Below are positions 1 to 9,023 of a stretch of DNA of 40,814 nt, in pieces; the first letter of the stretch is position 1; the number at the start of each line of letters is the position of its first letter. The position numbers were made by a program, and so were the translations under genes. The notes beneath the pieces were generated by a model. That model saw only the letters and a program-made list of their open reading frames with translations. It searched no databases and had not been told where the DNA came from. Origin of the DNA: Candidatus Bipolaricaulota bacterium (GTDB lineage: Bacteria > Bipolaricaulota > Bipolaricaulia > UBA7950 > UBA9294); NCBI GenBank assembly GCA_030670905.1, contig DAOVAR010000003.1, positions 1-40,814 of the forward strand, written 5' to 3'.

Positions 1-273
1 GCCCGCAGGTCCATCACTTTCAGCTATCTCTGGTGAAAGTCGCGGACGATTTGGCCAGCCGGTTACGATAAAGACGACATCTCCGCTGTTGACGGATTCA
101 TGCAAGAGTCTAGCTGCATTCATTGAAAGGGGTGTATCGAACTTCTCACGTGCTAATCTGTACAGTTCTGTGACAACGTCGCGTTGTGCTATGTCTGCTG
201 TAATAAGTCTGTCAATCGTCTCCCCGATGATCGAGATCCGATCCGGCTGAACAATGAAACGAGTATCTGGCAT
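1..273 (-). CDS. D-glutamate cyclase-like (DUF4392) protein, N-terminal part; continues beyond the left window edge
   Basis: Not in the ORF track. Manual translation from ATG at 273 (RBS GAGGAGGG upstream) gives MPDTRFIVQPDRISIIGETIDRLITADIAQRDVV...VFIVTGWPNRPRLSPEIAESDGPAG, open to the edge. The V-F-I-V-T-G...E-S-D-G-P-x-G pattern matches the DUF4392/D-glutamate cyclase motif (TGF...ETDGPxG). Confidence 0.7.
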   Translation of the reverse strand, partial: MPDTRFIVQPDRISIIGETIDRLITADIAQRDVVTELYRLAREKFDTPLSMNAARLLHESVNSGDVVFIVTGWPNRPRLSPEIAESDGPAG

Positions 274-306
274 TTGCTTCCCTCCTCGGGATTGGTTCGC
301 TATTCG

Positions 307-1737
307 TCAGCTTGCCCTCTTTCTCTCATCCAAAGGGCTTTGTCTCGTTCCCTGTGTATCCATGCTCGCAGATAGAGATTTCAGCATCCCAGGCACAACA
401 TCTGAGTTAGTCAATAACTCTAGACTTTCAACTAGTCTGCATACGTGTATCCTACTACGCGACGACAAGACCTCCTTCGAGCACTCAGTGAACTTTGCCT
501 TGATCTCGCTCCAAGAAAGCTCCGTCTCTGGTTCTCCCTTTGGGAGATCTGTCCTTTCCTTTACCTCCTTGCCATTGCGCAGGTAGACCACCATTTCTGC
601 ACCGCGGCTTTTCGGGTACGCCTCTTCAAAAGCCTCAGAAAGGCTAAGCCTTACGGTTCGTGCCAAAGCCAGAACCTCAGGATCCCGAATCCATGGAGAC
701 TCAAAGCATTCAATAGAGGCTTTACCGGTTCTAAATGTAACTGCAACAGCATAAGGAATAGAAAATTTTGCCTCTTCCTCGTCCCCCGGACATGTAATTG
801 CCCCTGTTTCTCCGATTGCCACCGAATAAGTATCTATCTCTATCTTTTCGATCTCTCTATAGTCAACCGAATGTTCGCTCCGCAGTCTCAACGCCAAATC
901 TATCGACGGATGGACATGTCGGCAAGTGGGATAGGGTTTTGTGTATGTTTCCAGTATCTTGTACTTTTCACCCAGGCCGTCCGTAAGGATCGCAGGGTCG
1001 TAAGAATCGCACATTGCCCTTAGAAATCCTCTCTTACCAGAGAGGATTGTCTTGGGTCCTTTTGCCCCGAATTGGGCAAGGAAGCCCGCTATCACTCCGC
1101 TTTGAGAAGCCTTTCCCGCCTGAAATGGCTTTATCATAGGATTCTCCGAGAGCATTTCCTGCAAACCGGCGCCTTGTAGACCAGCAATTGAAAGGGCATA
1201 GATCGTCTCTTGAGCATTCAAGCCCAGAAGCTTGGCAGTCGCAGCGGCAGCACCAAAAGGTCCGCACGTGCTCGTCGTGTGAAACCCTCTTAGCAAATGT
1301 GAGTTTTCTTTATTTATCGAAGCTCCAATACGCAAAAGGATCTCGTAGCCAACAACTATCGCAGTCAAGAGCTCTTCCCCATTTACTCGCAATTTTTCTC
1401 CCACTGCAAGAGCTGCCGGAACTACAGAAACGGATGGATGCAAGGTTCCATATCGATACCCATCGTCAAGCTCGACAGAGTGAGCAAAGACGCCATTAGC
1501 CAAAGCAGCATCATCACAAGCAAGTCTATCGCCGCTTCCTATAACTGTGCTTTCTCTTATTCCCTTTTTACTCCTAAGGAAATCAAGTACGATATGTCCT
1601 ATATGCCCTTTACTGAACCCAGCCAGCGCGGCCGCAAGAAGATCAAGCAGTGTGCATTTTGCTTTCTTGATAACCTGAGCGGGTAGGTCACTGAACTCCA
1701 GTTCAGTAATGAAGTCACTATACTCTTCTATGCACAT
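307..1737 (-). CDS. MmgE/PrpD family protein (2-methylcitrate dehydratase/IDS epimerase fold)
   Basis: Motifs AALANGVFAHSVELDDG, HPS, RGFHTT, KPYPTCRHVH, AKFSIPY, PKGEPE; RBS GGAGG. Confidence 0.92.
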   Translation of the reverse strand: MCIEEYSDFITELEFSDLPAQVIKKAKCTLLDLLAAALAGFSKGHIGHIVLDFLRSKKGIRESTVIGSGDRLACDDAALANGVFAHSVELDDGYRYGTLHPSVSVVPAALAVGEKLRVNGEELLTAIVVGYEILLRIGASINKENSHLLRGFHTTSTCGPFGAAAATAKLLGLNAQETIYALSIAGLQGAGLQEMLSENPMIKPFQAGKASQSGVIAGFLAQFGAKGPKTILSGKRGFLRAMCDSYDPAILTDGLGEKYKILETYTKPYPTCRHVHPSIDLALRLRSEHSVDYREIEKIEIDTYSVAIGETGAITCPGDEEEAKFSIPYAVAVTFRTGKASIECFESPWIRDPEVLALARTVRLSLSEAFEEAYPKSRGAEMVVYLRNGKEVKERTDLPKGEPETELSWSEIKAKFTECSKEVLSSRSRIHVCRLVESLELLTNSDVVPGMLKSLSASMDTQGTRQSPLDERKRAS

Positions 1738-1782
1738 ACTTACAGCACCTCCAGCTGCATTCCGGCTTTGGTGCGTCCAACT

Positions 1783-3399
1783 TCAGCCATCATGTGTGAG
1801 AAGCCTTCCAGGGTAGGTTCCTGTATGTTTGCCTTCCCCAATCACTACTTTTCCGTTCACGATCACATACTCAATCCCACAAGCAAACTGATGGGGGTTG
1901 TCAAAAGTGGCTCTATCACTGATTTTTCCACGATCGAAGATGACGATATCTGCAGCATTCCCCGGTTTTAATACTCCACGATCCCTCAACCCAAGCTTGC
2001 TTGCCGGAAGACTCGTCATCTTACGAACTGCCTCGGGCAGATCCAGAGCTTTGTTTTCCCTCACGTACTGCCCCAGGACTCGCGGGAATGCTCCATAATA
2101 TCTGGGGTGTGGATGCATCTCTGCGTACCTTCCCCATGGTGAGACTGCCTTCCCATCGGAAGAGATCATCGTAGCGGGGTCTTTCATGATGACCTCAACG
2201 TCGTTTTCTGACATCGCGTGCACGACTACCTTCACACAGGCCTCCTGAGATCTAAGAAGATCAAGGATTGCTTCCAATGGATCCGTCTTATTCTCCTTAG
2301 CGATCTCCTTTAGTGTCTTTCCCACCAACTCTTTGTCATGTTTAACCTCAGCAATCATCATTCCCTTCCACTCCACTTCTTCCAACGGAGAATGCCAAGA
2401 ACCGACCCCATGCAGCATGTATTCTTTCAATGATTCTCTAACTTTCTTACTGCCTAGATCCTTCAGAAAGGAATCAAGCTCGCTGCCACGTAGAGAAGGC
2501 GGAATTACATCAATAAGCCCCGAACAGTAAGCCGTGTAGGGGTATTGATCCCAGTTGACGTGCACCCCATTGGCACGCGCATCGTGCAGCATAGCAAGCA
2601 GTTCCTCGGCCCGCCCCCAATTAGTCTTTCCTTCCAACTTGAGGTGGGAGATTTGCAGGGAGACGCCACTCTCATTCGCAATGCTTATGACCTCGTTTAC
2701 CGCATCAAACAGGCCTTGCCCTTCATCCCTCATGTGTACTGCCCACATTGCCCCGTGTTCTTTGATAACCTTGCATAATATGACGAGTTCGGCGTGCGTA
2801 AAATGAGATCCTGGGATGTAATACAGTCCACTGGACATTCCCCAAGCACCCTGACAAAGCTCCTCTTGCAGCAAGCTCTTGATGACATCGAGCTCCTGAG
2901 GCTCCAAGTGCTCCTTCATGCCGGCTGACGCAACGCGCAAGGGGACACCCCCAACCAAGGAAATCAGGTTAGATGAGATACCTTTCTCCACTAGTTCGCA
3001 CATGTAGTTCATTTGAGAGGGCCACTTCCACACCGCCTTTTCGGATACCGTCATTGCGAAGTTGTTGGCCTCAAATTGACGGAGCAACGCTTCCCTATAC
3101 TGTACTCTCACCGGCGCGCAAGAGACTCCACAGTTACCAACAACCTCCGTCGTAACGCCTTGCCTTATCTTGCTCTGCGCATCTGGTTGGACCAACAGGG
3201 TAAGATCGGAATGGGAGTGCATGTCGATAAATCCCGGAGCGACAATCAGCCCACTCGCATTGATCTCTCGCGCAGCTACAATGGTGTTCCTTTGCCCTAC
3301 AAATTGAATCGTCTGCCGATCAATGGCCACGTCGGCGCGCACTGCCGGTTTCTCTGTGCCGTCCAGCACCGTGCCGTTTCGAATCACCAACTCAAACAT
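1783..3399 (-). CDS. N-acyl-D-amino-acid deacylase (D-aminoacylase) family amidohydrolase
   Basis: PGFIDMHSHSD, QGVTTEVVGNCG, HMRDE, SHLK, SSDG, HPRYYGAFPRVLG, KMTSLPA; RBS GGAGG. Confidence 0.93.
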   Translation of the reverse strand: MFELVIRNGTVLDGTEKPAVRADVAIDRQTIQFVGQRNTIVAAREINASGLIVAPGFIDMHSHSDLTLLVQPDAQSKIRQGVTTEVVGNCGVSCAPVRVQYREALLRQFEANNFAMTVSEKAVWKWPSQMNYMCELVEKGISSNLISLVGGVPLRVASAGMKEHLEPQELDVIKSLLQEELCQGAWGMSSGLYYIPGSHFTHAELVILCKVIKEHGAMWAVHMRDEGQGLFDAVNEVISIANESGVSLQISHLKLEGKTNWGRAEELLAMLHDARANGVHVNWDQYPYTAYCSGLIDVIPPSLRGSELDSFLKDLGSKKVRESLKEYMLHGVGSWHSPLEEVEWKGMMIAEVKHDKELVGKTLKEIAKENKTDPLEAILDLLRSQEACVKVVVHAMSENDVEVIMKDPATMISSDGKAVSPWGRYAEMHPHPRYYGAFPRVLGQYVRENKALDLPEAVRKMTSLPASKLGLRDRGVLKPGNAADIVIFDRGKISDRATFDNPHQFACGIEYVIVNGKVVIGEGKHTGTYPGRLLTHDG

Positions 3400-3414
3400 C
3401 GGTCCTCCCTATAC

Positions 3415-4251
3415 CTAGACGCGGCGCAGTCGCGGGTCAAGCGCGTCCCGCAAGCCATCTCCGACTAGGTTGAAACCCAGCACGACAATCATGATTGCGA
3501 CTCCGGGAAAGACAGTCAGCCACCATGCCGTCATCAAGTACAATCGTCCGTTGCTTAGCATCGCTCCCCAGCTTGGTATGGGCGGCTGTGCACCCAAACC
3601 AAGGAAACTCAGGGAGGCTTCAATAAGAATGATTCGCCCTATTCCAAGTGAGAGCTGCACGATCAACGGGGCAAGGCTATTCGGAAGGAGATGACGAATG
3701 ACAATGCGGAATGCGCTTGCACCTGAGGCACGCGCCGCTTGTACATACTCCTCCTCCCGGAGCACAAGAAACTGGCCTCGCGTTAGCCGCGCATAGGCAC
3801 CCCAATAGACCAACCCAACTGCGATCATAATACTCTGAAGTCCTGGACCGAGGATGAATATGATCGCCAATGCGAGCAGAATTGTTGGGAACGCCCAACT
3901 AATGTCCACCAGCGCTTGAACCACGTAATCGACGATTCCTCCGTGGTAGCCCGCGATGGCGCCCAAGAAGACGCCGATCCCAAGGGCAATCGCGGAACCA
4001 AGGAGGGCAATTCGCAAGGAGACGCGTGCTCCGTAGATGACTCGACTTAGCACGCATCGACCAAACTCGTCGGTTCCAAGTGGGTACGCGCGATTGGGCG
4101 TCTTCAACGCGTCTATGAGCGACTGCGTCTCAGCCCGCTGTGGTGCTAAGACAGGAGCTAGGAGCGCCATCAATAGGAACGCCAGTACGATAAGCAATCC
4201 AATTACCGCGTTCCGACTCCTGAGAAGTCGGTGTAAGACCTCCCGAATCAT
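3415..4251 (-). CDS. Peptide/nickel ABC transporter permease (DppC/OppC-like)
   Basis: LGTDEFGR, EAA-like loop EEYVQAARASGAS, HLLPN, EASLSFLGLG, PSWGAML, GDGLRDALDPR. Confidence 0.95.
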   Translation of the reverse strand: MIREVLHRLLRSRNAVIGLLIVLAFLLMALLAPVLAPQRAETQSLIDALKTPNRAYPLGTDEFGRCVLSRVIYGARVSLRIALLGSAIALGIGVFLGAIAGYHGGIVDYVVQALVDISWAFPTILLALAIIFILGPGLQSIMIAVGLVYWGAYARLTRGQFLVLREEEYVQAARASGASAFRIVIRHLLPNSLAPLIVQLSLGIGRIILIEASLSFLGLGAQPPIPSWGAMLSNGRLYLMTAWWLTVFPGVAIMIVVLGFNLVGDGLRDALDPRLRRV

Positions 4252-4272
4252 CAGTTGCCCCTCCCTCCGGTC

Positions 4273-5196
4273 TCAGTACTGCACACGTGGATTCACCACG
4301 GCATAGAGCACATCTGCCAGCATGTTTCCAAGGATCACGGTTGTTGCCAAGATGAGAGTAACTCCTTGCACCACAGGGAAATCTCGCATATAGATCGCAT
4401 CGATCAGCATCCGGCCGAGGCCAGGTCGCAAGAAGACGATTTCAATAATCACCGCGCCACCAAAAAGCCAGCCAATTTTGAGTCCCAACAGGGTAATGAT
4501 CGGGATTAAAGCATTCCGTAGACCATGCTTAAAGATAACTTTTCTCTCCCGCAATCCTTTAGCTCGGGCCGTTTGGACATAGTCCTGTCTCACGACCTCC
4601 AGTAGGCTAGATCGGGTCATCCGAGCTACGTCCGCTGCACCTCCGAGACTAAGGGTCACCACAGGTAAGACCAAGTGCCTAAACGTGCCATATCCAGCAA
4701 TGGGAAGCCAATGGAGCTTGACGGCAAACAGCATGATCAGGAGAAACCCGAGCCAGAACTGGGGAACAGAGACACCAATAATCGCCAATCCCATGCTCGA
4801 ATAGTCAATGATTGTGTTCCGTCGAACTGCGGCAAGGACTCCGAAGACGATTCCAATGGCGTAGGAAAGGATGAGGCCGCTTGCTGTTAGGCTCAGTGTG
4901 TTGGGCAGCTTGGCTGCGAGAAGCTTGGCGACGTCTTCCCTCAGAATCAGGGATCGCCCGAAATCGAACCGACAGATCCTTCCAAGGAATGAGAAATACT
5001 GGACGTAGAGCGGCCTATCTAATCCTAGTCGCTCTCGCGTCCGAACATAGGCCTCCTCGGTGGTCATCTCGCCAAGCATCAGCCGTACAGGATCTCCGGG
5101 GACCAGATGGAGAATGCCGAAGACGAGCACGGTGACTCCTACTAGCACAGGAATGATTAGGAGAATTCGTCGGATGATATATTGGATGATACTCAA
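4273..5196 (-). CDS. Peptide/nickel ABC transporter permease (DppB/OppB-like)
   Basis: YIIRRIL, PGDPV, LGLDRPLYVQY, DYVQTARAKGL, HGLRNALIPIIT, RDFPVVQG, ADVLYAVVNPR. Confidence 0.95.
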   Translation of the reverse strand: MSIIQYIIRRILLIIPVLVGVTVLVFGILHLVPGDPVRLMLGEMTTEEAYVRTRERLGLDRPLYVQYFSFLGRICRFDFGRSLILREDVAKLLAAKLPNTLSLTASGLILSYAIGIVFGVLAAVRRNTIIDYSSMGLAIIGVSVPQFWLGFLLIMLFAVKLHWLPIAGYGTFRHLVLPVVTLSLGGAADVARMTRSSLLEVVRQDYVQTARAKGLRERKVIFKHGLRNALIPIITLLGLKIGWLFGGAVIIEIVFLRPGLGRMLIDAIYMRDFPVVQGVTLILATTVILGNMLADVLYAVVNPRVQY

Positions 5197-5270
5197 GAGG
5201 GCATCCCTTCTTTTCGTTGTTCTAGAAGCACCCTAGATCATCAAGCCATCCAGTCTTGTCCAACCTCAAT

Positions 5271-5313
5271 AACAAAAGAGAGGGTGACAACTCTCAGATT
5301 AAGGTTGTCACCC
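5271..5313 (-). terminator. Stem-loop between binding-protein and permease genes (partial terminator or mRNA stabiliser)
   Basis: 10-bp inverted repeat GGGTGACAAC (5282-5291) / GTTGTCACCC (5304-5313), followed on the minus strand by TCTCTTTTGTT, just after the SBP stop. Confidence 0.7.
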
Positions 5314-5323
5314 CAACCAATTA

Positions 5324-6910
5324 CTATTTTCGATAAAGATCCAATAACCAGATGTGGTCTAGCGTCGCGTTGTATCCAGCCAGATCGCTTCCACGAGCCC
5401 TTACCTGTTGGGGGTAATAAACGGGCACCCAGGGGGCTCTCTCAAGCAGGTACTCGTGAAGTAGACGGTAGACAGAGAGGCGTTCTTCCGAGGTTGGCAT
5501 TGATTCTGCTTTCTTGAACATGAAGTCGAGCAAAGGCTCGTTCGTTCTTGTTTTGTTGACTCCTCTATCGATTCGCGTGGAGTTGAAGAACCACTCCAGG
5601 ATGTCTGCATTGTCCCAGCCGTACAACCGCATGAACGCCTGCTGGTTGCCGGTTTTGAACATGTCCCCGTACGCTGCGGAATCGAACTGCTGAATCGCCG
5701 CCTTGATGCCAAGTTCTGCCATCTGGTTTTGGAGGACGGTTGCGATTTGCACTCGCTCAGTAATGGTGTCCGTCCACAGCGTCACCCTGAATTCCTTGCC
5801 ATCTTTCTCGATGATGTCATCATCATCCTCGTCGGTCCACCCAGCTTCCGCTAGCAACTCGCGGGCCTTATCCATGTCGTACGTGTAAGGGCTTTCGATT
5901 TGTGGTTCGACAATCGGAGCCAGGTAGTTATAGGCGGGCATCCCAATGCCACCCAACACGTTCTCGACGATCGCCTCCCGATCGACAATGTAACACATTG
6001 CCTGACGCACTCGGACATCGTCGAACGGGGCCTTGGTGACGTTCATCCCCATGTAAACCAGGCGTCTTTCGGGAGATAGGATGACCTCCACATTAGAGTC
6101 TGCCTGCAATGTGCTCACGATTGCGGGGGACACGTAGTACACCACGTCTACTTCACCCGCTTGGATGAGCATTGCCTTTGTCACGGCTTCTGGGACCACT
6201 TTGTAGATTACGGTCTCGAAATAGGCAGGTCCCTGGTTCTCCATCCAGGAAGGTCCCCAACTGTAATCCGGATTACGCTTGAGCGTAACGTGATCTCCCT
6301 TGACCCATTCCACGAACATGTAAGGTCCTGTGCCTACAGCTGCTTTTACGCCGTAGTCTTCACCGTACTTTTCAAAAGCGGTTGGGCTGATGATGCTAGC
6401 GAAGCCGCTGCTGCTCATGTTGTAGAGCAGGTTTGGGAAAGGGTTCTTCAGGATGAGTTTTACCGTGAGAGGATCTACGGCAACTGCATCTTCAACCGCT
6501 GAGTAAAGGTATGCCGACGCGCCGGTGTCACGCATCGTCTCGATGTTCCAGGCAATCGCTTCGGCATCGCAGGGTGTACCGTCATGGAATGTAACCCCAT
6601 CTTTAAGGCGAAAGATCCATTCAAGACCATCCGAACTGACATCCCACGATTCGGCAATCCCGTCTTGATAGGTCAATTGATAATCACGACTGACCAGGGT
6701 ATCACAGATATCCCTGTTCATCTCCCCACCCCAACTAGTGGTTATCGTGTTGAGATTCTGGGGGTCCTGATCGATCGCGATGACTAGCGTTGTACTATTC
6801 GCCTCTTTCGTTGCACGATCGGGAGCCTGGGCAACCGTTATCAACGATGAAAACACCAGCATCAACCCTACAAAAAACACCACATACGCTACGATTCTCT
6901 TGCTTTGCAT
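5324..6910 (-). CDS. ABC transporter substrate-binding protein, family 5 (peptide/nickel)
   Basis: Signal peptide without lipobox, AESWDVSSDGLEWIFRLKDGVTFHDGTP, VGTGPY, PFDDVRVRQA; RBS AAGGAG. Confidence 0.95.
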   Translation of the reverse strand: MQSKRIVAYVVFFVGLMLVFSSLITVAQAPDRATKEANSTTLVIAIDQDPQNLNTITTSWGGEMNRDICDTLVSRDYQLTYQDGIAESWDVSSDGLEWIFRLKDGVTFHDGTPCDAEAIAWNIETMRDTGASAYLYSAVEDAVAVDPLTVKLILKNPFPNLLYNMSSSGFASIISPTAFEKYGEDYGVKAAVGTGPYMFVEWVKGDHVTLKRNPDYSWGPSWMENQGPAYFETVIYKVVPEAVTKAMLIQAGEVDVVYYVSPAIVSTLQADSNVEVILSPERRLVYMGMNVTKAPFDDVRVRQAMCYIVDREAIVENVLGGIGMPAYNYLAPIVEPQIESPYTYDMDKARELLAEAGWTDEDDDDIIEKDGKEFRVTLWTDTITERVQIATVLQNQMAELGIKAAIQQFDSAAYGDMFKTGNQQAFMRLYGWDNADILEWFFNSTRIDRGVNKTRTNEPLLDFMFKKAESMPTSEERLSVYRLLHEYLLERAPWVPVYYPQQVRARGSDLAGYNATLDHIWLLDLYRK

Positions 6911-6928
6911 TTCTCCTTACCTCCTTAA

Positions 6929-6982
6929 CTACTGTAAACATTTGGGACAAACAGTGCTGTACTGTACAACTTCTCTCTCCAC
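6929..6982 (-). CDS. Candidate 17-aa upstream ORF MEREVVQYSTVCPKCLQ
   Basis: GGAGG then 5 nt then GTG at 6982; stop TAG at 6929-6931, just upstream of the SBP RBS. Translation is unproven. Confidence 0.3.
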   Translation of the reverse strand: MEREVVQYSTVCPKCLQ

Positions 6983-7149
6983 TACCACCTCCCAAGCTTA
7001 GTCTCCATATCGAGGAACGAATCTCGAACCAACACGGCAAGGAACAAGAGTGGAGATGCTATTACCAACAGGATACCCTCAGCTCTTCTCCCTCAGCATC
7101 ACCGACTTAGACCACCTATCTTCTCAAGAAAGTGGATACCGTCCACGAC

Positions 7150-7207
7150 ATTGGCAATACCAGTACTAGCATTAGCACACCCTATCACGTAAAGCTCTTC
7201 TTGTCAA
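7150..7207 (-). promoter_or_regulatory. Sigma70-type promoter of the ABC/D-aminoacylase operon with a downstream FadR/GntR-like operator candidate
   Basis: Minus strand TTGACA (7207-7202), 17 nt, TGn-TAGGGT (7184-7179). Imperfect palindrome ATTGGCAATACCAGT (7150-7164) resembles TGGT-N3-ACCA FadR-subfamily sites. Confidence 0.55.
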
Positions 7208-7383
7208 GGACCGAACCGCCATCTCGCCAACAAGCACCAATCAAATCACGGTAAGAGCTGAAACAGGGAATTGCCATGTCTTCCTTTTGGGAAAGATGGA
7301 TGTAGCTACCCTTACATAAGGATGCCTGGTGGAGAATCTTCATAAGACCTTGTCTCTAAAGTTGACAAGAAGAATCGAGTATC

Positions 7384-8034
7384 ATGTACCCGGGATCGGC
7401 GGTATACTGGTCAAAACAAGAGCAAGAGCATGCAACAAGGAGGATCACGAACCAAGCAAGGGTGCAAAGACAAATAGATGCGGTTACACTTCAGCTTGTC
7501 TTCCTGCTAAGCAGGGAACGCCTAGGTCGTAGGCGACTTGCTCGTCGGGCCGGCCTTTCCGAGATGACCGTGCGTATTCAACTGGAAAAACTGCGCGATC
7601 AGGGCTTCCTTGTGCTGGATAAGTCAGGTGGCGCTCTAACCAGCGCTGGCAGAGAACGATTTGCTCCTGTACTTGATCATGTTGCGGACGTGCAACAACT
7701 CTCTCTGTATTCTCTTGCTCAGGATACTATTACCGTGGCTGCTTTGCTATCAGACACAGAGCAACAACACCCATCGTGGTGGTATCGCGATCACGCTGTA
7801 CGGGGCCGTGCGAGCGCGATGATCCTGATTCGGTGCTGCGCGAATGGTTTATGCTTCTCTCACAGCAAAGAGCAAGTCGGCGTACACAATCCGCGCGACG
7901 AACGACTGATTGAAGGCGCGTTCCCCTTCAGACGAGAAGGCGATCTACTCCTACTTGTCTCCGCTCCGGGCCGCAAGAGCGCTGGGCTTGGTCTATGGAG
8001 GGTTATCACTGAAATACTATCTGAAACGCCATAG
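7384..8034 (+). CDS. Winged-helix regulator, archaeal DUF4443-like; true start uncertain (possibly GTG at 7462)
   Basis: N-terminal LGRRRLARRAGLSEMTVRIQLEKLRDQG...GGALTSAG wHTH; C-terminal YRDHAVRGRASAMILI...GDLLLLVSA resembles the archaeal RDEA(I/V)R...GA module. Confidence 0.65.
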   Translation: MYPGSAVYWSKQEQEHATRRITNQARVQRQIDAVTLQLVFLLSRERLGRRRLARRAGLSEMTVRIQLEKLRDQGFLVLDKSGGALTSAGRERFAPVLDHVADVQQLSLYSLAQDTITVAALLSDTEQQHPSWWYRDHAVRGRASAMILIRCCANGLCFSHSKEQVGVHNPRDERLIEGAFPFRREGDLLLLVSAPGRKSAGLGLWRVITEILSETP

Positions 8035-8046
8035 CCTTACCTTTTA

Positions 8047-8108
8047 TTGCCTTCTGTAAGCAGGCGTGGTAAACTAGGAGCTTATCCATGTGGGATGTTA
8101 TATCCCAC
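8047..8108 (+). promoter_or_regulatory. Promoter and palindromic operator candidate upstream of the BtuF-like gene
   Basis: TTGCCT (8047-8052), 17 nt, TGn-TAAACT (8070-8075); inverted repeat GTGGGAT-gttat-ATCCCAC (8090-8108) between the predicted start site and the RBS. Confidence 0.65.
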
Positions 8109-8126
8109 CAATAAAGAGGTACTCCG

Positions 8127-9023
8127 ATGACAAAGAGGTCATGGAAAGGAATGTGGGCCCTCCCAGTAGCGGTACTACTGCTAGGATTAGTAGCCGTAGC
8201 ACAGCAATATCCGGTTACAGTGGTTGACAACAGAGGGCTAGAGATCAGGATCGAACAGCAACCAAGTCGGATCGTTGTGGCTGGAATCCCCCTATACACT
8301 GAGATCATGGTCGATCTTGGGGCAGTTGACCGGCTAGTTGCCGTGGCCAGCTCGCCAGATAATCCACCAGAGGTGGCAGGTCTCCCTAGGGTCGGTGAGA
8401 GCTTCGCCCCAAATGTGGAAGTTATCCTTTCAATGGGACCAGACCTCGTGCTTGGTGCCTCGGATTGGGCGGGAGAACGCACCAGATTGGAGAAGCTGGG
8501 AATCACCGTGCTCAGTGTTGGCCGCGCTGATGGGTCCATCTCTACCGTACCGGATATCTTGACCGCCATTAGTACAATTGGAACTACTCTAGGAGTAGAG
8601 GAAGAAGCGAGGCTACTAATCGGTCAAATCGCAGAGGAGATTATCACCATTGAAAGCACCGTTCTGACCGAACTCCCCGTAAGAGCAGCCTTCCTCTACG
8701 CGATGGCGCCCGATATCCCCCCTTATGCTGTGGGAAGCGGCGCTATCGAGAATGAATTGATTATTCGTGCCGGCGGAGTAAATGTCTTCTCCGATATTGA
8801 GGGATTTCCTCAAGTGAGTTTCGAGGAAATCCTTTCCCGAGATCCCGATGTTATATTCACTGATCCGACACAGATTGTGAATATACTAGAGAACCCGCTA
8901 TTTACAGGGGTGTCGGCAGTAGTAAAAAAACAGGTTTATGGCATCAACGCACGCCATCTCCTTTCCACCAAGGTTGCTCGGGCTCTGAGAATAATGAGTG
9001 AGTTCCTTCATCCTCATGAATAA
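8127..9023 (+). CDS. Cobalamin/iron-chelate ABC substrate-binding protein (BtuF/FecB helical-backbone family)
   Basis: Signal peptide AVA|Q, YPVTVVDNRG..I.I...PSRIV, PNVEVILSMGPDLV, AGGVNVF, VSFEEILSRDPDVI. Confidence 0.88.
   Translation: MTKRSWKGMWALPVAVLLLGLVAVAQQYPVTVVDNRGLEIRIEQQPSRIVVAGIPLYTEIMVDLGAVDRLVAVASSPDNPPEVAGLPRVGESFAPNVEVILSMGPDLVLGASDWAGERTRLEKLGITVLSVGRADGSISTVPDILTAISTIGTTLGVEEEARLLIGQIAEEIITIESTVLTELPVRAAFLYAMAPDIPPYAVGSGAIENELIIRAGGVNVFSDIEGFPQVSFEEILSRDPDVIFTDPTQIVNILENPLFTGVSAVVKKQVYGINARHLLSTKVARALRIMSEFLHPHE

Noticed and set aside
8035-8126. Cobalamin riboswitch upstream of the BtuF-like gene
   Set aside because: The spacer is only 92 bp, largely promoter, and lacks the conserved GGGAA...GCCACTG B12-box elements.
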